Assembly (NCBI RefSeq): GCF_009914755.1
Contig: NC_060935.1
DNA length: 64,000 nucleotides
Strand: one strand, 5' to 3'
From: the human T2T-CHM13v2.0 reference genome, Homo sapiens
The notes beneath the pieces are model-generated. The model searched no databases, had not been told where the DNA came from, and was given only the letters and a program-made list of their open reading frames with translations. Shown here piece by piece: positions 26,701 to 39,842 of this stretch; within the stretch, counting starts at the first letter, position 1, and each line of letters begins with the position of its first letter. Position numbers and translations under genes: made by a program.

Positions 26701-29700
26701 AACCTAGACAGAAGCATTCTCAGAATGTTTCCTGTGATGACTGCATTCAACTCACAGAGGTAAACAATCCTGCTGATGGAGCAGTTTTGAAACTCTCTTT
26801 CTTTGGATTCTGCAAGTGGATATGTGGACCTCTGTGAAGATTTCGTTGGAAACGGGTTCATCTTCACAGAAAAACTAAACAGGAGCATTCTCAGAAACTG
26901 CTTTGTGATGTTTGTGTTCCACTTCAAGAATTGAACTTTCCTCTTGACAGAGCAGCTCTGAAACCCTATTTTTCTAGAATCTGCAAGTGGACATTTGGAG
27001 GGCTTTGAGGCCTGTGGTGGAAAAGGAAAATCTTCACATAAAAACTAGATGGAAGCATTCTCAGAAACTACTTTGTGATGATTGCATTCGACTCACAGAG
27101 TTGAACATTCCTATAGATAGAGCAGGTTGTAAACAATCTTTTTCTAGAATCTGTGATTGGAGATTTGGACAGCTTTGAGGCCTACTGTAGTAAAGGAAAT
27201 AACTTCATCTAAAAACCAAACGGAAGCATTCACAGACAATTCTTAGTGATCATTGGATTGAACTAACAGAGTTGAACATTCCTTTAGATGGCGCAGTCTC
27301 CAAACACACTTTCTGTAGAATCTGCAAGTGGATATTTGGACTTCTCTGAGGATTTCGTTGGAAACGGGATAAACTTCCCAGAACTACACGGAAGCATTGT
27401 GAGAAACTTCTTTGTGATGTTTGCATTCAACTCACAGAGTTGAACCTTGCTTTCATAGTTCAGCTTTCAAACCCTCTTTTTGTAGAATCTGCAAGTGGAT
27501 ATTTGGGCCACTTTGTGGCCTTCCTTCGAAACGGGTATATCTTCACATCAAACCTAGACAGAAGCATTCTCAGAATGTTTCCTGTGATGACTGCATTCAA
27601 CTCACAGAGGTGAACAATCCTGCTGATGGAGCAGTTTTGAAACTCTCTTTCTTTGGATTCTGCAAGTGGATATGTGGACCTCTGTGAAGATTTCGTTGGA
27701 AACGGGTTCATCTTCACAGAAAAACTAAACAGGAGCATTCTCAGAAACTGCTTTGTGATGTTTGTGTTCCACTTCAAGAATTGAACTTTCCTCTTGACAG
27801 AGCAGCTCTGAAACCCTATTTTTCTAGAATCTGCAAGTGGACATTTGGAGGGCTTTGAGGCCTGTGGTGGAAAAGGAAAATCTTCACATAAAAACTAGAT
27901 GGAAGCATTCTCAGAAACTACTTTGTGATGATTGCATTCGACTCACAGAGTTGAACATTCCTATAGATAGAGCAGGTTGTAAACAATCTTTTTCTAGAAT
28001 CTGCGATTGGAGATTTGGACAGCTTTGAGGCCTACTGTAGTAAAGGAAATAACTTCATCTAAAAACCAAACGGAAGCATTCACAGACAATTCTTAGTGAT
28101 CATTGGATTGAACTAACAGAGCTGAACATTCCTTTAGATGGAGCAGTTTCCAAACCCACTTTCTGTAGAATCTGCAAGTGGATATTTGGACTTCTCTGAG
28201 GATTTCGTTGGAAACGGGATAAACTTCCCAGAACTACAGGGAAGCATTGTGAGAAACTTCTTTGTGATGTTTGCATTCAACCCACAGAGTTGAACCTTGC
28301 TTTCATAGTTCAGCTTTCAAACACTCTTTTTGTAGAATCTGCAAGTGGATATTTGGACCACTTTGTGGCCTTCCTTCGAAACGGGTATATCTTCACATCA
28401 AACCTAGACAGAAGCATTCTCAGAATGTTTCCTGTGAAGACTGCATTCAACTCACAGAGATGAACAATCCTGTTGATGGAGCACTTTGGAAACTCTCTTT
28501 CTTGGGATTCTGCAAGTTGATATGTGGACCTCTGTGAAGATTTCGTTGGAAACGGGTTCATCTTCACAGAAAAACTAAACAGAAGCATTCTCAAAAACTA
28601 CTTTGTGATGTTTGTGTTCCACTTCAAGAATTGAACTTTCCTCTTGACAGAGCAGCTCTGAAAACCTCTTTTTCTAGAATCTGCAAGTGGACATTTGGAG
28701 GGCTTTGAGGCCTGTGGTGGAAAAGGAAAATCTTCACATAAAAACTAGATGGAAGCATTCTCAGAAACTACTTTGTGATGATTGCATTCGACTCACAGAG
28801 TTGAACATTCCTATAGATAGAGCAGGTTGTAAACAATCTTTTTGTAGAAAATGCGATTGGAGATTTGGACTGATTTGAGGTCTACTGTAGTAAAGGAAAT
28901 AACTTCATCTAAAAACCAAACGGAAGCATTCACACACAATTCTTAGTGATCATTGGATTGAACTAACAGAGCTGAACATTCCTTTAGATGGAGCAGTTTC
29001 CAAACCCACTTTCTGTAGAATCTGCAAGTGGATATTTGGACTTCTCTGAGGATTTCGTTGGAAATGGGATAAACTTCCCAGAACTACACGGAAGCATTGT
29101 GAGAAACTTCTTTGTGATGTTTGCATTCAACTCACAGAGTTGAACCTTGCATTCATAGTTCAGCTTTCAAACACTCTTTTTGTAGAATCTGCAAGTGGAT
29201 ATTTGGACCACTTTGTGGCCTTCCTTCGAAACGGGTATATCTTCACATCAAACCTAGACAGAAGCATTCTCAGAATGTTTCCTGTGATGACTGCATTCAA
29301 CTCACAGAGGTGAACAATCCTGCTGATGGAGCAGTTTTGAAACTCTCTTTCTTTGGATTCTACAAGTGGATATGTGGACCTCTGTGAAGATTTCGTTGGA
29401 AACGGGTTCATCTTCACAGAAAAACTAAACAGAAGCATTCTCAGAAACTGCTTTGTGATGTTTGTGTTCCACTTCAGGAATTGAACTTTCCTCTTGACAG
29501 AGCAGCTCTGAAACCCTCTTATTCTAGAATCTGCAAGTGGACATTTGGAGGGCTTTGAGGCCTGTGGTGGAAAAGGAAAATCTTCACATAAAAACTAGAT
29601 GGAAGCATTCTCAGAAACTACTTTGTGATGATGGCTTTCGACTCACAGAGTTGAACATTCCTATAGATAGAGCAGGTTGTAAACAATCTTTTTGTAGAAT

Positions 29701-30799
29701 CTGCGATTGGAGATTTGGACTGCTTTGAGGCCTACTGTAGTAAAGGAAATAACTTCATCTAAAAACCAAACGGAAGCATTCACAGACAATACTTAGTGAT
29801 CATTGGATTGAACTAACAGAGCTGAACATTCCTTTAGATGGAGCAGTTTCCAAACACACTTTCTGTAGAATCTGCAAGTGGATATTTGGACTTCTCTGAG
29901 GATTTCGTTGGAAACGGGATAAAATTCCCAGAACTACACGGAAGCATTCTGAGAAACTTCTTTGTAATGTTTGCATTCAACTCACAGAGTTGAACCTTGC
30001 TTTCATAGTTCAGCTTTCAAACACTCTTTTTGTACAATCTGCAAGTGGATATTTGGACCACTTTGTGGCCTTCCTTCGTAACGGGTATATCTTCATATCA
30101 AACCTAGACAGAAGCATTCTCAGAATGTTTCCTGTGATGACTGCATTCAACTCACAGAGGTGAACAATCCTGCTGATGGAGCAGTTTTGAAACTCTCTTT
30201 CTTTGGATTCTGCAAGTGGATATGTGGACGTCTGTGAAGATTTCGTTGGAAACGGGTTCATCTTCACAGAAAAACTAAACAGGAGCATTCTCAGAAAGTG
30301 CTTTGTGATGTTTGTGTTCCACTTCAGGAATTGAACTTTCCTCTTGACAGAGCAGCTCTGAAACCCTCTTTTTCTAGAATCTGCAAGTGGACATTTGGAG
30401 GGCTTTGAGGCCTGTGGTGGAAAAGGAAAATCTTCACATAAAAACTAGATGGAAGCATTCTCAGAAACTACTTTGTGATGATTGCATTCGACTCACAGAG
30501 TTGAACATTCCTATAGATAGAGCAGGTTGTAAACAATCTTTTTGTAGAATCTGCGATTGGAGATTTGGACTGCTTGGAGGCCTACTGTAGTAGAGGAAAT
30601 AACTTCATCTAAAAACCAAACGGAAACATTCACAGACAATTCTTAGTGATCATTGCATTGAACTAACAGAGCTGAACATTCCTTTAGATGGAGCAGTTTC
30701 CAAACACACTTTCTGTAGAATCTGCAAGTGGATATTTGGACTTCTCTGAGGATTTCGTTGGAAACGGGATAAAATTCCCAGAACTACACGGAAGCATTC

Positions 30800-33700
30800 T
30801 GAGAAACTTCTTTGTGATGTTTGCATTCAACTCACAGAGTTGAACCTTGCTTTCATAGTTCAGCTTTCAAACACTCTTTTTGTAGAATCTGCAAGTGCAT
30901 ATTTGGACCACTTTGTGGCCTTCCTTCGAAACGGGTATATCTTCACATCAAACCTAGACAGAAGCATTCTCAGAATGTTTCCTGTGAAGACTGCATTCAA
31001 CTCACAGAGATGAACAATCCTGTTGATGGAGCACTTTGGAAACTCTCTTTCTTGGGATTCTGCAAGTTGATATGTGGACCTCTGTGAAGATTTCTTTGGA
31101 AACGTGTTCATCTTCACAGAAAAACTAAACAGAAGCATTCTCAAAAACTACTTTGTGATGTTTGTGTTCCACTTCAAGAATTGAACTTTCCTCTTGACAG
31201 AGCAGCTCTGAAAACCTCTTTTTCTAGAATCTGCAAGTGGACATTTGGAGGGCTTTGAGGCCTGTGGTGGAAAAGGAAAATCTTCACATAAAAACTAGAT
31301 GGAAGCATTCTCAGAAACTACTTTGTGATGATTGCATTCGACTCACAGAGTTGAACATTCCTATAGATAGAGCAGGTTGTAAACAATCTTTTTGTAGAAT
31401 CTGCGATTGGAGATTTGGACTGCTTTGAGGCCTACTGTAGTAGAGGAAATAACTTCATCTAAAAACCAAACGGAAGCATTCACAGACAATTCTTAGTGAT
31501 CATTGCATTGAACTAACAGAGCTGAACATTCCTTTAGATGGCGCAGTTTCCAAACACACTTTCTGTAGAATCTGCAAGTGGATATTTGGACCTCTCTGAG
31601 GATTTCGTTAGAAACGGGATAAACTTCCCAGAACTACACGGAAGCATGCTGAGAAACTTCTTTGTGATGTTTGCATTCAACTCACAGAGTTGAACCTTGC
31701 TTTCATAGTTCAGCTTTCAAACACTCTTTTTGTAGAATCTGCAAGTGGATATTTGGACCACTTTGTGGCCTTCCTTCGAAACGGGTATATCTTCACATCA
31801 AACCTAGACAGAAGCATTCTCAGAATGTTTCCTGTGATGACTGCATTCAACTCATAGAGGTGAACAATCCTGCTGATGGAGCAATTTTGAAACTCTCTTT
31901 CTTTGGATTCTGCAAGTGGATATGTGGACCTCTGTGAAGATTTCGTTGGAAACGGGTTCATCTTCACAGAAAAACTAAACAGAAGCATTCTCAGAAACTG
32001 CTTTGTGATGTTTGTGTTCCACTTCAGGAATTGAACTTTCCTCTTGACAGAGCAGCTCTGAAACCCTCTTATTCTAGAATCTGCAAGTGGACATTTGGAG
32101 GGCTTTGAGGCCTGTGGTGGAAAAGGAAAATCTTCACATAAAAACTAGATGGAAGCATTCTCAGAAACTACTTTGTGATGATTGCATTCGACTCACAGAG
32201 TTGAACATTCCTATAGATAGAGCAGGTTGTAAACAATCTTTTTGTAGAATCTGCGATTGGAGATTTGGACTGCTTTGAGTCCTACTGTAGTAAAGGAAAT
32301 AACTTCATCTAAAAACCAAACGGAAGCATTCACAGACAATTCTTAGTGATCATTGCATTGAACTAACAGAGCTGAACATTCCTTTAGATGGAGCAGTTTC
32401 CAAACACACTTTCTGTAGAACCTGCAAGTGGATATTTGGACCTCTCTGAGGATTTCGTTGGAAACGGGATAAACTTCCCAGAACTACACGGAAGCATTGT
32501 GAGAAACTTCTTTGTGATGTTTGCATTCAACTCACAGAGTTGAACCTTGCTTTCATAGTTCAGCTTTCAAACACTCTTTTTGTAGAATCTGCAAGTGGAT
32601 ATTTGGACCACTTTGTGGCCTTCCTTCGAAACGGCTATATCTTCACATCAAACCTAGACAGAAGCATTCTCAGAATGTTTCCTGTGATGACTGCATTCAA
32701 CTCACAGAGGTGAACAATCCTGCTGATGGAGCAGTTTTGAAACTCTCTTTCTTTGGATTCTGCAAGTGGATATGTGGACCTCTGTGAAGATTTCGTTGGA
32801 AACGGGTTCATCTTCACAGAAAAACTAAACAGAAACATTCTCACAAACTGCTTTGTGATGTTTGTGTTCCACTTCAGGAATTGAACTTTCCTCTTGACAG
32901 AGCAGCTCTGAAACCCTCTTATTCTAGAATCTGCAAGTGGACATTTGGAGGGCTTTGAGGCCTGTGGTGGAAAAGGAAAATCTTCACATAAAAACTAGAT
33001 GGAAGCATTCTCAGAAACTACTTTGTGATGATTGCATTCGACTCACAGATTTGAACATTCCTATAGATAGAGCAGGTTGTAAACAATCTTTTTGTAGAAT
33101 CTGCGATTGGAGATTTGGACTGCTTTGAGGCCTACTGTAGTAAAGGAAATAACTTCATCTAAAAACCAAACGGAAGCATTCACAGACAATTCTTAGTGAT
33201 CATTGGATTGAACTAACAGAGCTGAACATTCCTTTAGATGGCGCAGTTTCCAAACACACTTTCTGTAGAATCTGCAAGTGGATATTTGGACTTCTCTGAG
33301 GATTTCGTTGGAAACGGGATAAACTTCCCAGAACTACACGGAAGCATTGTGAGAAACTTCTTTGTGATGTTTGCATTCAACTCACAGAGTTGAAACTTGC
33401 TTTCATAGTTCAGCTTTCAAACACTCTTTTTGTAGAATCTGCAAGTGGATATTTGGACCACTTTTTGGGCTTCCTTCGAAACGGGTATATCTTCACATCA
33501 AACCTAGACAGAAACATTCTCAGAATGTTTCCTGTGATGACTGCATTCAACTCACAGAGGTGAACAATCCTGCTGATGGAGCAGTTTTGAAACTCTCTTT
33601 CTTTGGATTCTGCAAGTGGATATGTGGACCTCTGTGAAGATTTAGTTGGAAACGTGTTCATCTTCACAGAAAAACTAAACAGGAGCATTCTCAGAAACTG

Positions 33701-36700
33701 CTTTGTGATGTTTGTGTTCCACTTCAAGAATTGAACTTTCCTCTTGACAGAGCAGCTCTGAAACCCTATTTTTCTAGAATATGCAAGTGGACATTTGGAG
33801 GGCTTTGAGGCCTGTGGTGGAAAAGGAAAATCTTCACATAAAAACTAGATGGAAGCATTCTCAGAAACTACTTTGTGATGATTGCATTCGACTCACAGAG
33901 TTGAACATTCCTATAGATAGAGCAGGTTGTAAACAATCTTTTTGTAGAATCTGCGATTGGAGATTTGGACTGCTTTGAGTCCTACTGTAGTAAAGGAAAT
34001 AACTTCATCTAAAAACCAAACGGAAGCATTCACAGACAATTCTTAGTGATCATTGCATTGAACTAACAGAGCTGAACATTCCTTTAGATGGAGCAGTTTC
34101 CAAACACACTTTCTGTAGAACCTGCAAGTGGATATTTGGACCTCTCTGAGGATTTCGTTGGAAACGGGATAAACTTCCCAGAACTACACGGAAGCATTGT
34201 GAGAAACTTCTTTGTGATGTTTGCATTCAACTCACAGAGTTGAACCTTGCTTTCATAGTTCAGCTTTCAAACACTCTTTTTGTAGAATCTGCAAGTGGAT
34301 ATTTGGACCACTTTGTGGCCTTCCTTCGAAACGGGTATATCTTCACATCAAACCTAGACAGAAGCATTCTCAGAATGTTTCCTGTGATGACTGCATTCAA
34401 CTCACAGAGGTGAACAATCCTGTTGATGGAGCAGTTTTGAAACTCTCTTTCTTTGGATTCTGCAAGTTGATATGTGGACCTCTGTGAAGATTTCGTTGGA
34501 AACGGGTTCATCTTCACAGAAAAACTAAACAGAATCATTCTCAGAAACTGCTTTGTGATGTTTGTGTTCCACTTCAAGAATTGAACTTTCCTCTTGACAG
34601 AGCAGCTCTGAAACCCTCTTTTTCTAGAATCTGCAAGTGGACATTTGGAGGGCTTTGAGGTCTGTGTTGGAAAAGGAAAATCTTCACATAAAAACTAGAT
34701 GGAAGCATTCTCAGAAACTACTTTGTGATGATTGCATTCGACTCACAGAGTTGAACATTCCTATAGATAGAGCAGGTTGTAAACAATCTTTTTGTAGAAT
34801 CTGCGATTGGAGATTTGGACTGCTTTGAGGCCTACTGTAGTAAAGGAAATAACTTCATCTAAAAACCAAACGGAAGCATTCACAGACAATTCTTAGTGAT
34901 CATTGCATTGAACTAACAGAGCTGAACATTCCTTTAGATGGAGCAGTTTCCAAACACACTTTCTGTAGAATCTGCAAGTGGATATTTGGACTTCTCTGAG
35001 GATTTCGTTGGAAACGGGATAAACTTCCCAGAACTACAGGGAAGCATTGTGAGAAACTTCTTTGTGATGTTTGCATTCAACTCACAGAGTTGAACCTTGC
35101 TTTCATAGTTCAGCTTTCAAACACTCTTTTTGTAGAATCTGCAAGTGCATATTTGGACCACTTTGTGGCCTTCCTTCGAAACGGGTATATCTTCACATCA
35201 AACCTAGACAGAAGCATTCTCAGAATGTTTCCTGTGAAGACTGCATTCAACTCACAGAGATGAACAATCCTGTTGATGGAGCACTTTGGAAACTCTCTTT
35301 CTTGGGATTCTGCAAGTTGATATGTGGACCTCTGTGAAGATTTCTTTGGAAACGTGTTCATCTTCACAGAAAAACTAAACAGAAGCATTCTCAAAAACTA
35401 CTTTGTGATGTTTGTGTTCCACTTCAAGAATTGAACTTTCCTCTTGACAGAGCAGCTCTGAAAACCTCTTTTTCTAGAATCTGCAAGTGGACATTTGGAG
35501 GGCTTTGAGGCCTGTGGTGGAAAAGGAAAATCTTCACATAAAAACTAGATGGAAGCATTCTCAGAAACTACTTTGTGATGATTGCATTCGACTCACAGAG
35601 TTGAACATTCCTATAGATAGAGCAGGTTGTAAACAATCTTTTTGTAGAATCTGCGATTGGAGATTTGGACTGCTTTGAGGCCTACTGTAGTAGAGGAAAT
35701 AACTTCATCTAAAAACCAAACGGAAGCATTCACAGACAATTCTTAGTGATCATTGCATTGAACTAACAGAGCTGAACATTCCTTTAGATGGCGCAGTTTC
35801 CAAACACACTTTCTGTAGAATCTGCAAGTGGATATTTGGACCTCTCTGAGGATTTCGTTAGAAACGGGATAAACTTCCCAGAACTACACGGAAGCATGCT
35901 GAGAAACTTCTTTGTGATGTTTGCATTCAACTCACAGAGTTGAACCTTGCTTTCATAGTTCAGCTTTCAAACACTCTTTTTGTAGAATCTGCAAGTGGAT
36001 ATTTGGACCACTTTGTGGCCTTCCTTCGAAACGGGTATATCTTCACATCAAACCTAGACAGAAGCATTCTCAGAATGTTTCCTGTGATGACTGCATTCAA
36101 CTCATAGAGGTGAACAATCCTGCTGATGGAGCAATTTTGAAACTCTCTTTCTTTGGATTCTGCAAGTGGATATGTGGACCTCTGTGAAGATTTCGTTGGA
36201 AACGGGTTCATCTTCACAGAAAAACTAAACAGAAGCATTCTCAGAAACTGCTTTGTGATGTTTGTGTTCCACTTCAGGAATTGAACTTTCCTCTTGACAG
36301 AGCAGCTCTGAAACCCTCTTATTCTAGAATCTGCAAGTGGACATTTGGAGGGCTTTGAGGCCTGTGGTGGAAAAGGAAAATCTTCACATAAAAACTAGAT
36401 GGAAGCATTCTCAGAAACTACTTTGTGATGATTGCATTCGACTCACAGAGTTGAACATTCCTATAGATAGAGCAGGTTGTAAACAATCTTTTTGTAGAAT
36501 CTGCGATTGGAGATTTGGACTGCTTTGAGTCCTACTGTAGTAAAGGAAATAACTTCATCTAAAAACCAAACGGAAGCATTCACAGACAATTCTTAGTGAT
36601 CATTGCATTGAACTAACAGAGCTGAACATTCCTTTAGATGGAGCAGTTTCCAAACACACTTTCTGTAGAACCTGCAAGTGGATATTTGGACCTCTCTGAG

Positions 36701-38584
36701 GATTTCGTTGGAAACGGGATAAACTTCCCAGAACTACACGGAAGCATTGTGAGAAACTTCTTTGTGATGTTTGCATTCAACTCACAGAGTTGAACCTTGC
36801 TTTCATAGTTCAGCTTTCAAACACTCTTTTTGTAGAATCTGCAAGTGGATATTTGGACCACTTTGTGGCCTTCCTTCGAAACGGCTATATCTTCACATCA
36901 AACCTAGACAGAAGCATTCTCAGAATGTTTCCTGTGATGACTGCATTCAACTCACAGAGGTGAACAATCCTGCTGATGGAGCAGTTTTGAAACTCTCTTT
37001 CTTTGGATTCTGCAAGTGGATATGTGGACCTCTGTGAAGATTTCGTTGGAAACGGGTTCATCTTCACAGAAAAACTAAACAGAAACATTCTCACAAACTG
37101 CTTTGTGATGTTTGTGTTCCACTTCAGGAATTGAACTTTCCTCTTGACAGAGCAGCTCTGAAACCCTCTTATTCTAGAATCTGCAAGTGGACATTTGGAG
37201 GGCTTTGAGGCCTGTGGTGGAAAAGGAAAATCTTCACATAAAAACTAGATGGAAGCATTCTCAGAAACTACTTTGTGATGATTGCATTCGACTCACAGAT
37301 TTGAACATTCCTATAGATAGAGCAGGTTGTAAACAATCTTTTTGTAGAATCTGCGATTGGAGATTTGGACTGCTTTGAGGCCTACTGTAGTAAAGGAAAT
37401 AACTTCATCTAAAAACCAAACGGAAGCATTCACAGACAATTCTTAGTGATCATTGGATTGAACTAACAGAGCTGAACATTCCTTTAGATGGCGCAGTTTC
37501 CAAACACACTTTCTGTAGAATCTGCAAGTGGATATTTGGACTTCTCTGAGGATTTCGTTGGAAACGGGATAAACTTCCCAGAACTACACGGAAGCATTGT
37601 GAGAAACTTCTTTGTGATGTTTGCATTCAACTCACAGAGTTGAAACTTGCTTTCATAGTTCAGCTTTCAAACACTCTTTTTGTAGAATCTGCAAGTGGAT
37701 ATTTGGACCACTTTTTGGGCTTCCTTCGAAACGGGTATATCTTCACATCAAACCTAGACAGAAACATTCTCAGAATGTTTCCTGTGATGACTGCATTCAA
37801 CTCACAGAGGTGAACAATCCTGCTGATGGAGCAGTTTTGAAACTCTCTTTCTTTGGATTCTGCAAGTGGATATGTGGACCTCTGTGAAGATTTAGTTGGA
37901 AACGTGTTCATCTTCACAGAAAAACTAAACAGGAGCATTCTCAGAAACTGCTTTGTGATGTTTGTGTTCCACTTCAAGAATTGAACTTTCCTCTTGACAG
38001 AGCAGCTCTGAAACCCTATTTTTCTAGAATATGCAAGTGGACATTTGGAGGGCTTTGAGGCCTGTGGTGGAAAAGGAAAATCTTCACATAAAAACTAGAT
38101 GGAAGCATTCTCAGAAACTACTTTGTGATGATTGCATTCGACTCACAGAGTTGAACATTCCTATAGATAGAGCAGGTTGTAAACAATCTTTTTGTAGAAT
38201 CTGCGATTGGAGATTTGGACTGCTTTGAGTCCTACTGTAGTAAAGGAAATAACTTCATCTAAAAACCAAACGGAAGCATTCACAGACAATTCTTAGTGAT
38301 CATTGCATTGAACTAACAGAGCTGAACATTCCTTTAGATGGAGCAGTTTCCAAACACACTTTCTGTAGAACCTGCAAGTGGATATTTGGACCTCTCTGAG
38401 GATTTCGTTGGAAACGGGATAAACTTCCCAGAACTACACGGAAGCATTGTGAGAAACTTCTTTGTGATGTTTGCATTCAACTCACAGAGTTGAACCTTGC
38501 TTTCATAGTTCAGCTTTCAAACACTCTTTTTGTAGAATCTGCAAGTGGATATTTGGACCACTTTGTGGCCTTCCTTCGAAACGG
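30800..38584 (+). repeat. Duplication at a 5-HOR offset (4,250 bp): 30800-34334 matches 35050-38584
   Basis: Private markers are shared in order: AAGTGCAT, TTTCTTTGGAAACGTG, CTCATAGAG, ACGGCTAT, CACAGATTTG, TTTAGTTGGAAACGTG, AATATGCAAG. Confidence 0.88.
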
Positions 38585-39842
38585 CTATATCTTCACATCA
38601 AACCTAGACAGAAGCATTCTCAGAATGTTTCCTGTGATGACTGCATTCAACTCACAGAGGTGAACAATCCTGCTGATGGAGCAGTTTTGAAACTCTCTTT
38701 CTTTGGATTCTGCAAGTGGATATGTGGACCTCTGTGAAGATTTCGTTGGAAACGGGTTCATCTTCACAGAAAAACTAAACAGAAACATTCTCACAAACTG
38801 CTTTGTGATGTTTGTGTTCCACTTCAGGAATTGAACTTTCCTCTTGACAGAGCAGCTCTGAAACCCTCTTATTCTAGAATCTGCAAGTGGACATTTGGAG
38901 GGCTTTGAGGCCTGTGGTGGAAAAGGAAAATCTTCACATAAAAACTAGATGGAAGCATTCTCAGAAACTACTTTGTGATGATTGCATTCGACTCACAGAT
39001 TTGAACATTCCTATAGATAGAGCAGGTTGTAAACAATCTTTTTGTAGAATCTGCGATTGGAGATTTGGACTGCTTTGAGGCCTACTGTAGTAAAGGAAAT
39101 AACTTCATCTAAAAACCAAACGGAAGCATTCACAGACAATTCTTAGTGATCATTGGATTGAACTAACAGAGCTGAACATTCCTTTAGATGGCGCAGTTTC
39201 CAAACACACTTTCTGTAGAATCTGCAAGTGGATATTTGGACTTCTCTGAGGATTTCGTTGGAAACGGGATAAACTTCCCAGAACTACACGGAAGCATTGT
39301 GAGAAACTTCTTTGTGATGTTTGCATTCAACTCAGAGAGTTGAAACTTGCTTTCATAGTTCAGCTTTCAAACACTCTTTTTGTAGAATCTGCAAGTGGAT
39401 ATTTGGACCACTTTTTGGGCTTCCTTCGAAACGGGTATATCTTCACATCAAACCTAGACAGAAACATTCTCAGAATGTTTCCTGTGATGACTGCATTCAA
39501 CTCACAGAGGTGAACAATCCTGCTGATGGAGCAGTTTTGAAACTCTCTTTCTTTGGATTCTGCAAGTGGATATGTGGACCTCTGTGAAGATTTAGTTGGA
39601 AACGTGTTCATCTTCACAGAAAAACTAAACAGGAGCATTCTCAGAAACTGCTTTGTGATGTTTGTGTTCCACTTCAAGAATTGAACTTTCCTCTTGACAG
39701 AGCAGCTCTGAAACCCTATTTTTCTAGAATATGCAAGTGGACATTTGGAGGGCTTTGAGGCCTGTGGTGGAAAAGGAAAATCTTCACATAAAAACTAGAT
39801 GGAAGCATTCTCAGAAACTACTTTGTGATGATTGCATTCGAC
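36332..39842 (+). repeat. Tandem 2-HOR (1,700-bp) duplication
   Basis: 36332-38142 matches 38032-39842, with one visible mismatch (C37635/G39335). Confidence 0.85.
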
